Below, in pieces: positions 48,218-60,200 of a stretch of 64,000 nt of DNA (its first letter is position 1; the number at the start of each line of letters is the position of its first letter). This stretch comes from Diplonema japonicum. Taxonomy: Eukaryota; Protista; Euglenozoa: Diplonemea. Location: positions 310,001 to 374,000 of the forward strand of contig OZ025711.1 of assembly GCA_964019335.1 (NCBI GenBank). The letters are read 5' to 3'. Made by a program: the position numbers and the translations under genes. Below the pieces are notes generated by a model, which searched no databases, was not told the origin of the DNA, and worked only from the letters and a program-made list of their open reading frames with translations.

Positions 48218-48823
48218 TCATAACCCGAACAAACCGAAGAATCGGTCCACACACGACGGAGGCGCGATGGTGACGGGGGTCAATTTCTCAAATTTCTCAG
48301 GGTGCTTGGGAGAGATCATGGGCGCGGAAGCAACTGTGTGGGACCTCATAAGCGCAGCCAGCCGCGTCTCATACTCCTCCTTAGAGACAAGCATGGACCA
48401 TTCACAGGCCTGAAGAATAGCACGTTCAAGGCGGTTAACCTCGGCAAGGGTGGAACCACCAACTGCACTGTAGAAAGTGTTTGAGTAAAACACATCATCG
48501 TGGAACTTAGCTGCCACGAGAAGACTAGCCAAGAGCGTCCTGTGCATGTTGAAGCTAGTCAACTGGATCCCGCTCCTTTCTATGTAAGCCGAGGCCATTA
48601 CAACGCTCATCTTGGAGCACCCACTGTACGTGATCCACCTCTCGACATACTCCTTCAGTCCCACAGTAGGTGCCGCTCCCTTGTCCGCATCAAACACAGT
48701 TACTTCCTCCTGCCCTGTGGCCAGCGCATCGCCCTTCCTCGCCCTCACCTCAACCTCTTCCACCAACCCTGCACACACCAGCCCCAGGCTCGTCACTTCT
48801 CTCGCTGCGCTACCTTTACCCAT
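48218..48823 (-). CDS. PHO80/P-type (U-type) cyclin
   Basis: YVERW..YSGCS...AYIER, NMHRTLLASLLVAAKFHDDVFYSNTFYSAVGG..LAEVNRLE. Confidence 0.92.
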   Translation of the reverse strand: MGKGSAAREVTSLGLVCAGLVEEVEVRARKGDALATGQEEVTVFDADKGAAPTVGLKEYVERWITYSGCSKMSVVMASAYIERSGIQLTSFNMHRTLLASLLVAAKFHDDVFYSNTFYSAVGGSTLAEVNRLERAILQACEWSMLVSKEEYETRLAALMRSHTVASAPMISPKHPEKFEKLTPVTIAPPSCVDRFFGLFGL

Positions 48824-48895
48824 TTTTTTTTTGCTTTGTTTTAAATTAACAAACTTTACTCCTGGGAAGTGAGATGTTTTTTTTTTTTTTTTTAA

Positions 48896-50679
48896 CCATC
48901 TACCAACGAGCGTCTATATATAGACGATTTGAAAAAAAATCTTTTACGCAAAGGGCTTTCAATGCAATACGGCCCGGCCCTTTCTTGCCGGCGGGGTCCT
49001 GCGCGGAAAATATGAAAAAAATAAACTAAATGCTGCCCTAACTTAACAAGAAAATGAAAAAATGAAAAAAAACGCCAGCCCAAATTTACCCTTAAAAATC
49101 ACTTCAAAAAAAGGCGCCCGGAAAGAGGCCGGAAGAGGACGTCATGAGTGATGGCAGCACTGATGGCTCATCCCTATTATGCAATTTTGATACAAACAGT
49201 GATTCTGATACGAATTCGACCGATTCCGAGTCACAGCAGGGTGATTGGACGGCAAAGCCGGAGCAGTTGGAAGGCATCCGGTTTCGTGAAGATCGGAATC
49301 CTTGTGGACCCTGTTTTGACATCAAAGGCTCAACGCCATACCATATATTCTCCAAATGCTCGTCCCAAACGTTATTCGGGTCATAACTTCGAACAAGTGG
49401 CAAAAAAGGTGTCTCCCTGGATCTCGATGCTGCTTCTCTGCGTACCTTCCTAGGTGTCCTTCTGTCGATGGACTTGGATATCAAGCCAGATTATTCTGAT
49501 TACTGGTGCACAGGCTCCACGCCTCTCAACTACACCCCTGGGTACGCCACCGTCATGTCAAGAGACCGCTTTTTGACTATTCTGGGAAATCTGTGTTTCC
49601 ACAGCGAAACAAACAAGCGTGCTGACTTCTACCTATCGCAAAGGCCTCCCGGAGATCATGGATGCCCCAAAGAAGCGAGGCCGCATGCCCAAGGACGCGC
49701 ATCCCGTGGGGACACCCAGTTCCACCAGCACGCGAGCATCCTTTGCAACACAACGTGGCATGACATCATGCCTGTGTGCTTTCTATCGACGTTGGATGTT
49801 CCGGTGACGTGTCGGCCAAAAGAGAATGAAAGCCGGAAAGGACATCCCGCCCCCCACCAAGTGCATATTTACAACACCACAATGGGCGGAACCGACGCTG
49901 GGTGATGCTGTGACAAAACGCCATAAACGCACCCTTATGACTTAAAAGTGGCCCCTAAAAGTATTTTTGTACTTGTTAGGTAAATCTCTGGCGAATGCTT
50001 GGCTTGTTTGGAAAGAAGCCTTGCCCCCCAACGCCCTGAGTACGAACGACAGTGGATTTACGCCTTTCAAAGAGGCAGTCATCGAAGGGCTACTAGGGAG
50101 GCAGTCTAAACAACAGATAAAGTCAACTACAGAGCAGGCTGCCCCAATACCATGCCCCGAAACACAGAACGAGTGCTCTGAGACCCCAATGCGCCGTGAC
50201 AGTACCTTCTGGGATCATTTCCCCGAAAAAGTAGTGCAACGTGCGGTGCAAGCATTGCAAGTCGAAAAGACCCCTATTTCAGTGTTCATCCTGCTTGGTA
50301 CAACTTTGTGTGACTCCGTGCTTCAAAGACTACCACCTTGCCGGGGATACCCCCCAGAAACCCCTCCCGGGGTCAAAAAAGAAGTCCCCCAGCCCTGGGG
50401 CACATACGAACCGCGTCAAGAAGGCCTTAAATAGCTTTTTATAGAATTTTACAGTCGATTTTTTTTGACTTGTTTTTTGTACCCCTTCTCGGGCACTTCA
50501 GGAACGATATTTTTGACAATGTTGTGGGGGTGGACCCTGCTGTGGGCACCCTCTCTCTAGAATTGGGACATCTGGAGGCATTTCCGGGGCAGATAGCCCC
50601 GGCGTTGCGCTAGAATAGCTTTTTTTGAAGTTTTGAAAATTTACCCCCTGGTGGGCAAAAATGGTCCGTTGGTAGATGG
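48896..50679 (+). mobile_element. Non-autonomous (decayed, internally deleted) piggyBac transposon
   Basis: TTAA at 48892-48895 and 50680-50683; perfect 13-bp TIR CCATCTACCAACG/CGTTGGTAGATGG; subterminal palindrome CGTCTATATATAGACG at 48911-48926. Confidence 0.93.
49144..50340 (+). pseudogene. piggyBac transposase pseudogene
   Basis: Acidic N-terminus, LRTFLGVLL, DYW, MSRDRFLTILGNLCF, WHD..V.FLST, YNTTMGGTD and C-terminal RCKHC...CSSC.VQLC..PCFKDYH; interrupted by stops and frameshifts, with most of the catalytic core missing. Confidence 0.9.
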
Positions 50680-50972
50680 TTAAATAAAGAAAGGGTTTTT
50701 AAAAAAGAAATACTAAACAACATCGAAAAAAAAAGGGGGAGGATACAAGAGGAAAAAGAGGGGGATAAGAATACAAGGTGAGTTGGGGGGGGGGGGGGGG
50801 GAGGGATACAGTGTATAGCGGGGTTTTCTCCCCCTATCGTCCCCCCCCCCTCCCCTCCCCCTCCCATTTTTAATATTTATAATACAACATAATAGGGAAG
50901 GGGGTCACATAGAGGACAATGTGGGGGCGAAAAAAAAAAAGAAGAAGGATACAGCAAACGTACTAAACCAAA

Positions 50973-52763
50973 TCACCCTTTAAACGGAGGCGGGGGGGAA
51001 ACGACTGGGCGTGCGTGAGAGGGGATGGAGCGGGACCTATGGGGGGAACTGAGGGTGGGGGACAAGATGGATGCCTTGCGAAGGGTGGTGAGCTCAGTGC
51101 CCATGAGGCTTGCGTCAGCCCTGGCGGCTAGGACCTGCCTGCGCATGGCCAGCAACTCCTCGGAGTACTCCTTGTCGGCCTCGAGGAACTTCCTAGCCAT
51201 GCCTTGCTCCTTCTCCCTCATGGCAGCGACAGCCTTGTTTGCAAGCACGCACTCCTGGGTGCACTTGTGCAGCTCGTTCTTGAGCGTAGCAGTGCCCTCC
51301 TCACGTGCCCTGTCCTCCGCTTCTTTCTTCGCCAGCAGCACTTCGTACTCCTGGTCCGTCCCATACAGCATCTGCAAGCATTCGATAAGGTGCGCCTCCT
51401 TCCCCTTGAACCTTGCCTGGTGCAGTGCCATCTCCACCTCGATTCTGTCACTGTAGTCTTCCTTCACCACCACCTCATCTGTCACCTTTTCTGTCTTCGC
51501 TTCTTTCGCTGGTGTCGCGCCCCCAGGTCTACCTGCGGACCTGCCTCTGACAGGTGTCGTGGCGCGTTGTGTGCTTCTGCTTCTCTGGTTGCTTTTGCTT
51601 CTCTGGCTGTTCTGTTGTGTCTGCAGCTGTGCGATCTGCATCTGTTGCTGCTGGTGCTCTGTTTTGGTGATCTTTGCTTTTCTTTGGATCTGTTTTTCCT
51701 TCTCCACAAGCTTTTCCTTCATCTCCGTGACCTCATGGGTGAGCCTGTCCCTGTCGCGCTGCAGCCTGTCGATCTTCCCGTCGTTCTCCACGGCGCTGGC
51801 CGCCATGGCTGCCTTGTGGTCCGACACCCGTCCACGCAGTGTGTCGATCTCCTTCTTCAGCTTCTTGACAGTCGACGTGGTGTCTGCGTGCTCGTTGACT
51901 GTGTTGGCAAGGCGCTCGTTCTCCCTCTTGATGTGCCCGAACTTGTCGCTGCTGCGCTGGTGCTCGTCCACCATTTCTTTTTTCACAGTCTGCAGTTTCC
52001 TTTTATAACTTTCGTTCTCCGATTTCAAACTGCGTAGATCCTTGCGGCACTGCTCTGCCTGTACCTCTGCCTCCTTAGCCTGCATCATCATCTCGTGCAT
52101 CTCAGCACTGTGCCCTGCGTCCCCCGCCTGTGCAAGACGGTGCTTTTCAAGCTCCGACACGAGCATCGCGTTCTCGTTCTTCAGCTGTGTGTTCTCCCTA
52201 GTGGACTCCTCATAGAGCTGCTTGAAAGTGTTCACCTTCGCAAGGAGCTGATCGCGTTCCTCCTTTGTGGTGAGGTCCACGGGAGGTGTCACCTGAGGAG
52301 CTGCGGGTTTGGGATCATTATACATCTCATTTTCATAAACAAGCTGCTTTTCAAGACCCTGTAGGCCATTTATGCTGTTTTGTGGTTTCGGGAGGAGATG
52401 TGCCAGGCTGTACCGGGGGTTCAACGGGGAGCTGATGATCTCCATAAGCCAAGCGTTGCCGTGCACTTCTACCTGAAGCAGATCCCGCCGAATTCCCTCG
52501 TTGACGCTGGAAGGGAACTCCGCCATGACATTCATGTCACTGCAGATGCTGTCTGTTGTGAAGTACAAGTAATCACCCCCGAAGTTGGCCTCGTGCTGTG
52601 TAGGGTCAGGGTGCATGCTCCCTATTGTGACGCTGCGTGCCTTCTCTGCGATGAAAAAATCTCTGAAATACCCTGCCACCAGATCGTCCAGCACAACAAC
52701 TCCACCATCTAAGAAGGGTAGAACAGCAACTTGCTCCACGCTCAGAAAGTGGAACGACTTCAT
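50973..52763 (-). CDS. Hypothetical coiled-coil protein (~596 aa) with a small globular N-terminal domain
   Basis: Long ORF with heptad-like E/K/Q-rich composition; ATG 52763 follows an A tract. Confidence 0.8.
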   Translation of the reverse strand: MKSFHFLSVEQVAVLPFLDGGVVVLDDLVAGYFRDFFIAEKARSVTIGSMHPDPTQHEANFGGDYLYFTTDSICSDMNVMAEFPSSVNEGIRRDLLQVEVHGNAWLMEIISSPLNPRYSLAHLLPKPQNSINGLQGLEKQLVYENEMYNDPKPAAPQVTPPVDLTTKEERDQLLAKVNTFKQLYEESTRENTQLKNENAMLVSELEKHRLAQAGDAGHSAEMHEMMMQAKEAEVQAEQCRKDLRSLKSENESYKRKLQTVKKEMVDEHQRSSDKFGHIKRENERLANTVNEHADTTSTVKKLKKEIDTLRGRVSDHKAAMAASAVENDGKIDRLQRDRDRLTHEVTEMKEKLVEKEKQIQRKAKITKTEHQQQQMQIAQLQTQQNSQRSKSNQRSRSTQRATTPVRGRSAGRPGGATPAKEAKTEKVTDEVVVKEDYSDRIEVEMALHQARFKGKEAHLIECLQMLYGTDQEYEVLLAKKEAEDRAREEGTATLKNELHKCTQECVLANKAVAAMREKEQGMARKFLEADKEYSEELLAMRRQVLAARADASLMGTELTTLRKASILSPTLSSPHRSRSIPSHARPVVSPPPPFKG

Positions 52764-53338
52764 CTTTTTTTTTCTCTTTTCTTCTCCCCCCGACACACCT
52801 AGTCGATTCTTTGATTTTTGCACGGGGGGGGGGGAGAAAAGAGCGAATTTCTGTTTTGTGTGCGAGTAGACTTTTTTATTCTTCTTCTTCTTGTTTCTCT
52901 TTTTTTCTTTTTTTTTTCTCTTTTTTTCTTCTTGCTGCAGCGCAGAGTGTTAAAAAAAAAAAAACAGGGAATAAAACAAAAAGAAGGGGGGGAAAAAATC
53001 TCAAAACAGTTGCCGTAGAATCACGGGTTTAAAAAAAAAAAATTAAGCAATCAGCGACTGGCAGCTAGCAGTTCATAGGTATTTTTTATGTCAAAACATC
53101 CCCCCCCCCCCCCCCCCCCCCGTCCTGGTTTAAAGGAATCCATTTCCTCTGCATTCCACTTGCTACTTCCACCCTCGAAAAATGCTAGAAAAACAAACAT
53201 GGGAATGAGAATAGAACTTCAGTGGGGTGAAATGAAGTGGGGGAGGTAACACCATTAAAAAATAGCGGAAAAAAAAATGGGAAGAAGTTAAGAAGGTTAT
53301 CACACCCCCCTCCCATTTTTTCCTAATCCGCCTCCCCC

Positions 53339-55693
53339 CTACCACGCATTGAAGTGTGCGTCCTCTGAAGCCCGAAGGGTACCTGTCTCGGTGGAAATAA
53401 CGACCTGCTCCGGGATGTCATCGTGAGAGGCATTGGGAGCAAGCAGAGAGGTTAAGTAGGAGGCCACAACGTGGTTTGCCTTGAGGGAGTCGGGACCGCC
53501 CCCAAGATAGGCAAGGTTAAGAAAGCCATGAGGCATAGTGGATATGACCCGCATCTCAGCATCTAGCCCCAACGACTTCAATCTCCGAATGAAGACCACC
53601 GAGTCGTCCAGCAGTGGGTCGAGCCCAGAGGCCACAATTCTCACAGGTGGGAGCCCCTTGAGAAGCTCGTCCTTTGCCGTCATAGGCGAGAGAAGTGGGT
53701 GGTTCACCTTCTCCCTCTTCCCTGTGTACGCCTCCAAACAGCACTCTAGCAGCCCCAACGGTAGGAGTGTGTCCATCAGTGCCAACAATCTGCTCGGCGA
53801 TGCTGCCAGCTTAACGTTCAGCACCGGGTATGAGCACACCACCCCATCGGGAACTCGCACCCCTTTCATTACAGCTTTTAAACACACCGCCATGGCAAGG
53901 TTCCCTCCAGCAGAGTCACCCGTCAGTATGATCCTCCCCTTTGAACCTGCGCCGACAAGGTGCCTGTTGCGCACTACCCACATGTACACGGCAAAACACT
54001 CATCAACAGCACGTGGGAACCATGCTTCCGGGGCTAGGGAGTAATCCACTGACAGGATGGGTACTTTCAGTATTTTTGCCCAGTGGCGGAGGTACACTTC
54101 ATGAGACTTTGGCGACTGTGCTACAAAGCCACCCCCGTGGATGTGGATCAGCACCCCTCCTCGTGTGCCGCATGGTTCGTCGCTGTGTGCTAATAGCTGC
54201 GTGGTGACATGCCCCAGCCGGAGGTCAGCAAGGTGCCTCGCTTCACCAACATTGAACGCCATTTTCGTGAGCTGAGTGATCTTTTCAGCGGCGCTTTTCG
54301 CAGCTGTCGCCGCCTTTGCCGATGGCTTGGGGATGGGTGTCGCCAACGGTGGGACGTCGGAGATTGTTGTCTCGACGCCCTTTCGCTTGGACATGATGTT
54401 GTTGAATTGCTGGATTTCCACTTCTGAGAGGTTTTCGTTTGTGATGTTTTCCTTTATGAGCTGCTCGACGTTGTCCATCTGCTCGAGAGGTGTGTTGATG
54501 GAAAGCTTGAGCAGGTTGTGAACCAAGTCGTTGCTGTCGAAACACTCCAGCAACACATCCTCCGTGATGGGTATTTTGATTTCTTTATTCACAGACATCC
54601 ACGGCGACACGAGAGACCCTGTGTGCTGTGCAAGCGGGGCGCTGTCCGTCAACCCCCAGAATCCTTTCGCAAATGGAATATCACACGACCGGAACCGCGC
54701 GATGACCCCCTCCGCCCTCTGCTCCGGAGACAGCAAACACCCTACACCTTTCATCAGGGCAAGTGCACCATTGTTCAAAGGGTGGTTCTCCTCGGGGGTA
54801 TCATGAAAGCCTACACCATACCCAACCATTGCAGAGATGATGAGGCGGAATGCGTTCCTGATACGCGCGTCGTAATAATAGGCTACACGCCTACCGTAGA
54901 AACAGCTGCAGTCGAATTGTTGAAAGTCAGCAATGGTCTGGGATTCGAGCTCGGCCTCTGACTCGGGCATGAAGAGGTGCTGGCGGTTGTTGACGCTGTT
55001 GGTGAGGACGGCATACTGCATCATCTTGCGGAGGGTGTGTAAGATGGCGGAGTAATCCTGCAGGTCAGCAACGTAAGGTTGCGTGTTGAAGAGGAGCTGA
55101 GCACGTTTGGTTTGGCAGTCGCGGAGACGGGTCAGTATCTTAGACACGCAGACGTCAGAGACATGCAGAACAGATCGGTAGCCATTACCAGGAGACTCGG
55201 GGTCGGCGTCGTGACGAGGGGCGGCTTGTGCCACGCGGAGAGCAGCTTCTTCGAATACATCCCAGTTCGTCAGCAGAGATGTCATCACCTCTGTGATGTC
55301 CACGATGTCCTTCCCGCTGAAGTGCTCGATGTTTTCTTTCAACAGCCTGTTCATCTCGTACACCCTTGCACCAAAGTCTTCATACTCCGTTCGCAGCCAG
55401 TTCTCGTTAGGTTCATCTTCCCATTTGCTCACTAGCACCCCTTCTTCATCAACTGGCTCCAGGTCCGTCACGTTTACCGGGGACTCTTCTTCTTCTTCTT
55501 CTTCTTCTTCTTCTTCTCGTGCTTCTCTTGGTCCGCTGTCTTTTGTCATGTCCCTCACTTCGATCGGCGGGCCATCTTTCTTTTGGCTCCGCATGGAGTG
55601 CACTATGTCTCCGCCAGTTTGCAGTGCTGTCGTCGGGAGTTGCTTCATCCTTTGCAGCACGCCTGTCAAAATCTCAGATGCTGCGGTGTTCAT
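53339..55693 (-). CDS. LIPE: Hormone-sensitive lipase-like enzyme (HSL N-terminal domain plus alpha/beta hydrolase)
   Basis: PGNGYRS, CFYGR and FW.LTD in the N-domain; HGGGFVAQS, HEVYLR.W, GDSAGG, LDPLLDDS and PHGFLN catalytic motifs. Confidence 0.92.
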   Translation of the reverse strand: MNTAASEILTGVLQRMKQLPTTALQTGGDIVHSMRSQKKDGPPIEVRDMTKDSGPREAREEEEEEEEEEESPVNVTDLEPVDEEGVLVSKWEDEPNENWLRTEYEDFGARVYEMNRLLKENIEHFSGKDIVDITEVMTSLLTNWDVFEEAALRVAQAAPRHDADPESPGNGYRSVLHVSDVCVSKILTRLRDCQTKRAQLLFNTQPYVADLQDYSAILHTLRKMMQYAVLTNSVNNRQHLFMPESEAELESQTIADFQQFDCSCFYGRRVAYYYDARIRNAFRLIISAMVGYGVGFHDTPEENHPLNNGALALMKGVGCLLSPEQRAEGVIARFRSCDIPFAKGFWGLTDSAPLAQHTGSLVSPWMSVNKEIKIPITEDVLLECFDSNDLVHNLLKLSINTPLEQMDNVEQLIKENITNENLSEVEIQQFNNIMSKRKGVETTISDVPPLATPIPKPSAKAATAAKSAAEKITQLTKMAFNVGEARHLADLRLGHVTTQLLAHSDEPCGTRGGVLIHIHGGGFVAQSPKSHEVYLRHWAKILKVPILSVDYSLAPEAWFPRAVDECFAVYMWVVRNRHLVGAGSKGRIILTGDSAGGNLAMAVCLKAVMKGVRVPDGVVCSYPVLNVKLAASPSRLLALMDTLLPLGLLECCLEAYTGKREKVNHPLLSPMTAKDELLKGLPPVRIVASGLDPLLDDSVVFIRRLKSLGLDAEMRVISTMPHGFLNLAYLGGGPDSLKANHVVASYLTSLLAPNASHDDIPEQVVISTETGTLRASEDAHFNAW

Positions 55694-55811
55694 TTTCTTA
55701 TTCTTTTTTTTTTTTTTTGAACCGTCCGTTCTGCTTTTTGGCATTACTCGAAGGCGGGGGGAAAAAAAATGGGGGGGAAGAAAGCAGTGAGAGATGGGTT
55801 GACTTTCCCTT

Positions 55812-56916
55812 CTAGCTGTTCCATTTTTTGAACAAATCAAGTGCCGCTTTCGTAGCGTTCCCAGTCTTTTTGTGTTTCTTGTGTTCCCTTGGCGGCTGAA
55901 GTGTTCTGTTCCGTTCTGCACGTTTGCGCAGCTCGAACACTCTCGTGGTGCGGGAGTCGAGCTTTTCGGTGGCCAGCAGACCAGCGACTTGTTTGAACTG
56001 TTTCGGGTTACACTGCGACACGAGGAGGAAACACGAGACCACGTCGACTAGCTTCCGCGTTTTCATCTCGGTGAAAGCTTCGAGCAGTACGTCGTGCTTG
56101 CCGCATTTTCCAGCTGCGAGCAGCATACCATTCCATATATAAGTGTCAGGGTACAGATGGTTGTCCATAAAGGCTCTTCGAAAGAGGTCTTTGGCCGTGG
56201 AATAGTCCTTAGCGTGTGCTGCATTTCGAATGGCTGTGCCTATCAGTTCCCGGTCTTCATAAAGTCCTGCAGATCGGACTTCTTTCAAAACCCATTCGAT
56301 GGTGGATGAGTCGGGTGCGAGTTTCATTAGGAGATTGAAAGTGAGGATTGAGGGCTCGATTCGGTGTAATTCAAGTTTTTTCCATATTTCCATTGCCGCT
56401 TCCCATGACTTGGAAAGGTTGTCTTGCCGGTATTTGAACAGAACTTTGAGTTGGATGTTGTAGTGTGAGATGTCCTTTTTGTCTAAGTTGTTGTCCCCGA
56501 TGAGCTTCAATGCTTCTACGTAGTGTTCAGGGGAGACTTTTCCGGCAGCGTTGAGCAGTGGGGTTGTGGTGTAACGTGAGGGTTCGACATTGAAACGTTG
56601 TGAAAGTCGGAACAGAGCCTGGACCTCGCTGAGGCCCTCGCGGGTTCCCAACGACCCGCAGCGTGACATGGCTGTCGAGAGGGTCATCTCGCCGACCTCA
56701 TACCCTTCTGCTTTCAAGTCTTTCACCGTTTTTACCACATTCTCTACCTCCTTCTTCCTCTCCTCGACGCCAAGCCACATCCCTGGCAACCTGTCACGCA
56801 ACATTTTCGCGGCAGTCGAGTCCGTCATTATCTTTCCCACACCGATGTCGTGTGTGCTTCCGGGCAACTTTCGGTTCAACCCAAACACCATACTTCTTCT
56901 AAGCAAACGTCCTCAT
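55812..56916 (-). CDS. Pentatricopeptide repeat (PPR) protein, probably mitochondrial; start uncertain
   Basis: Repeats EPSRYTTTPLLNA, ISHYNIQLK, EPSILTFNLLMK and YPDTYIWNGMLLAAGKCG; N-terminal LLRRS. Confidence 0.82.
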
Positions 56917-57202
56917 TATTTCCCTTTTTGTTTTCGGGTTTTATTTCTAATTTTCACACGCTGGGAAAAGAAAGGATGGGGGAAATGCAAGAGAGGGGGG
57001 AAAGAAGAACCACCTTTTTTTTTTCTTCCTGTAAAGCAAAAAAAAAAAAAAAAAAAAAAAAGAAGAGTGGTTTGTTCTCTTCCTTTCGTTCATTCTTCTT
57101 TGGGACCCGGCGTCAAAGGAAAAAAAAAAAAAGAAACCAAAAGAAGCTTCTTTTTTAAAGTGTGCGTTTTTGCGCTCACCGTCAGTCTTGAAAACAAAAC
57201 CC

Positions 57203-60200
57203 TCAACGGCCAAGCTCGAAGTTCGGGACCCTTGCGGGTATAACTTTTTTCGTGGCTGTGCGGACGACTCCAGGGTGGGCGTTCGGATTCGGGCCTTGTA
57301 TTTTCGGGAGTGGCGGATCACTGAACGGGCGGCTCGAGGTGTATCTGGGAGACGGTGATTCACTCGCTTGGTTGGCGTCCCGGAGAGAACCTCCTTTCCC
57401 CATGGCATAAATGTTCAGCAGCGGGTCATCAGGAAGCGTCACACCCAATTGCGTCTCACATAACAAAATGTCCTTGCGAGCGTCGCCTTGGTGGTGGTGC
57501 TTACCTATCACAGGTGTGTAGCCGCTCGTTGTCTTCTCGACCCCAGATGGGTCCCCAAATTTTCCAAACTTTGCCGCACCACGCTGCACTGTGCCTTTCG
57601 GTTTCGCCTCCCACCCTGCAATCTCTTTTTGCAGGGTTCCCAGTACAGTGGTAACCTGAAAGTGCACGTCAAAAGGGCTTTCCTTCACCAGCTTCCTCAC
57701 TCTCTCTTTGCTCTTCCTCAGCTTTGCCTCCAATGCTAGAAGATATTTCGTCTTTCCTTTTTTGTCACCCATCTCCCTTTGCTCCTTTGCTATTATGTAT
57801 TCCATCATCTGCTGGGACGCTTTCACCATCTCCACGATGTCCTCGATCTCCATGTCCAGGTAGGGTACTTCTGCTGCGGGTGGCGGAGGCGGTGGGGGCT
57901 CTGGAATGGATTCACGCGACTTCGCAACATCACGCACACGAATGGGCTTCTGCACTTGTTGAGACTTGTTGGGAACAGGAACAACTTCGGGTTGCTTTGC
58001 ATCGGCTTCGGGTTGTTTCGTTGCCGTGTCTGAGGTTTGTGTGTTTACAGCGGCAGCACACTCGGTGGTGGCCTCGTTGTCCTTGCTTGTTTTAATGCCG
58101 TCGTATCCTTCTTTTTTTTGTTCCTTCCGCCGCCCATCAGCTCTCGGTGACATCCTTCTCGGTGACTTGCCCCTTGGCGATGCCCCTCGTATGGTGGCCT
58201 GTCCTTTCGGAACGGCAAACGGCTTGACGCCCTGCAGCCCTCCCTCTGGAGACAGAGGCGGTAATTTTGATGGAGGCTGTCTCTTCACACCCTGAACAGG
58301 CCGCGGCGGGTCTGGGTGATGTTTGGACTGCAGGGACCCAACATCGATGCCCACATCAATACTGATTGGCTGTTGTTCCAGAAGCCGCTTCTTGGGATCA
58401 AAGCGATCCGACATTTTTTTCAACAGCACAGGGCCGCTTTGTTCCGGCTGCTCGGTTCTGACCGCCACTGGAACTACGTCTGCAGACACGTTGGCCGCCT
58501 TGGCAATACATGTAGACACCTCGCTGGAGATAAGCTTCGTGCTGGTAGTGCTGGTAGTTCCGACGGTAGGAGTGAGAGGTGCTGCCACCTGCACTTGCTT
58601 TGGAACGGTGGCGTGACAAGTGTGAAGCAGCGCTAGAGTGTCGACTGCGCAGTCAACCAGCGTTTGCCGTGTCGTGGCTTCCACTTCGCTGAGGTGCACA
58701 ATGTTAAATTTCTGAATTTTCGCATTTTGTTTAACATCTAGCATCCCTGACTGTGGGGCCAAGGGCGGGGATGCCTCAACTGGGGTTGGCACACGGGGGG
58801 CGGGATCGGCATCACACCGGCTGTCTTTAGTACTGTCCTCGGCTCTTGGCTCAGGGGCGACAGTGTTAGCTTCAATGGGGCAGGCAGCCACGTCGTCTGG
58901 CTTGGCCATCTTGTCGATTGTTGAAACTGCAACTTCCACGCTGTTCATACTGACGCTGCCCATAGATGCCTGTCTGTAGACTGGCTGCAGCTCGTCGGTG
59001 AGCTCCAAAGGTGTCCTGCAGTTGAGGATGTCGCCCAACACTGTCTGTCTCTTTTCTTCTCGTGTTGTGCTGCATTCCTTGTCCGAGTACTCTCTCGGCG
59101 TGCACATAGTTGTCTCGTCTGCAAAAGCAATGTTCATCTCAGTGCCCACCTCCACCATGGTGAGGACTGACCCCCGCCTTGAACGCGGTGAGTCTGTGCT
59201 CAGATATGGTGTCCTCGATGACCTCCTCTTAGGTGACGTTGGCGAGGTCCCCTTTGGTGACGTTGACGAGGCCTTCCTTGGTGACGTTGACTCGAGATTC
59301 TCGCATTGAACTGCTTTGTTGCAGACAACAAGTTTCTTGGCGGCCTCTTCGTTCTGTTTGAGCTCCGCTTCAACTATTTGGTTGGACGTCTCCAGCGTGT
59401 GTATAGCGTGCAGGTGGTCCTCCTTCAGTCGTGCTATCTCTGTCTCCCTTTGGTCCAAAGCCACTTTAGTCGATATAAGTTCTTCTTGGAGCTCCGAGAT
59501 GATAGCAAGGTTTTCCCCGACACAGATAGGCGGTGGTGCTTTCGAACTCCTTGGTTCCTTTAACTTCAACGCCTGCATCTCGTGCTCCTTCTGTCCCAGG
59601 GCGGATTTTAGCATCTCAGCATCCGTGAGCGCCGCCCGTTTCTCTTGCCGCAGCTGCATCGTTGTCTTCTTTTCTGCCGTTAAATTCTGCTTGAGTTCCG
59701 TGATCTCGACGCCCAGTACCTTGATGCGGGGGTCATCGGGAAGAGCGTGTGTTTGGGTGAATACAGTTTCCAAAGGGACCACTGTGTGGCTGTGAAAGCT
59801 CTCTTTCGGGGAGAAGGACGACCCGTTCTGCGTATCGAAAGAGTCGTCTTCAGTAGAGTTCAGCTTGTGCAGCATCTGCATGATGTCGACTTTCAAGTCT
59901 CCACCCACCGTAAACTCCTGCGCAGCCACGGACAACAGGTCCGCGCCCTCCATCGCCAGCTTCTCAGCCTCCTCGATCTTGCGCTGAGTTACTCGTTGCT
60001 TGTATGCAAACTTGGTCCTCCACGTGAGGTCTTGGATGAGCCGCTGGTGAATATCGATCTTTGTTATGTCAGCCCTGGCACCTCCCGACCGTACACATTC
60101 CATGATCTCTTGAAGCTCCTTCCACACCTCAGGTGTGTCTTGCGAGGGGGGAAGGTTTAAAGTGCCTCCTTCCGTCACAGCTTGATGGATGTGGGTGGCA

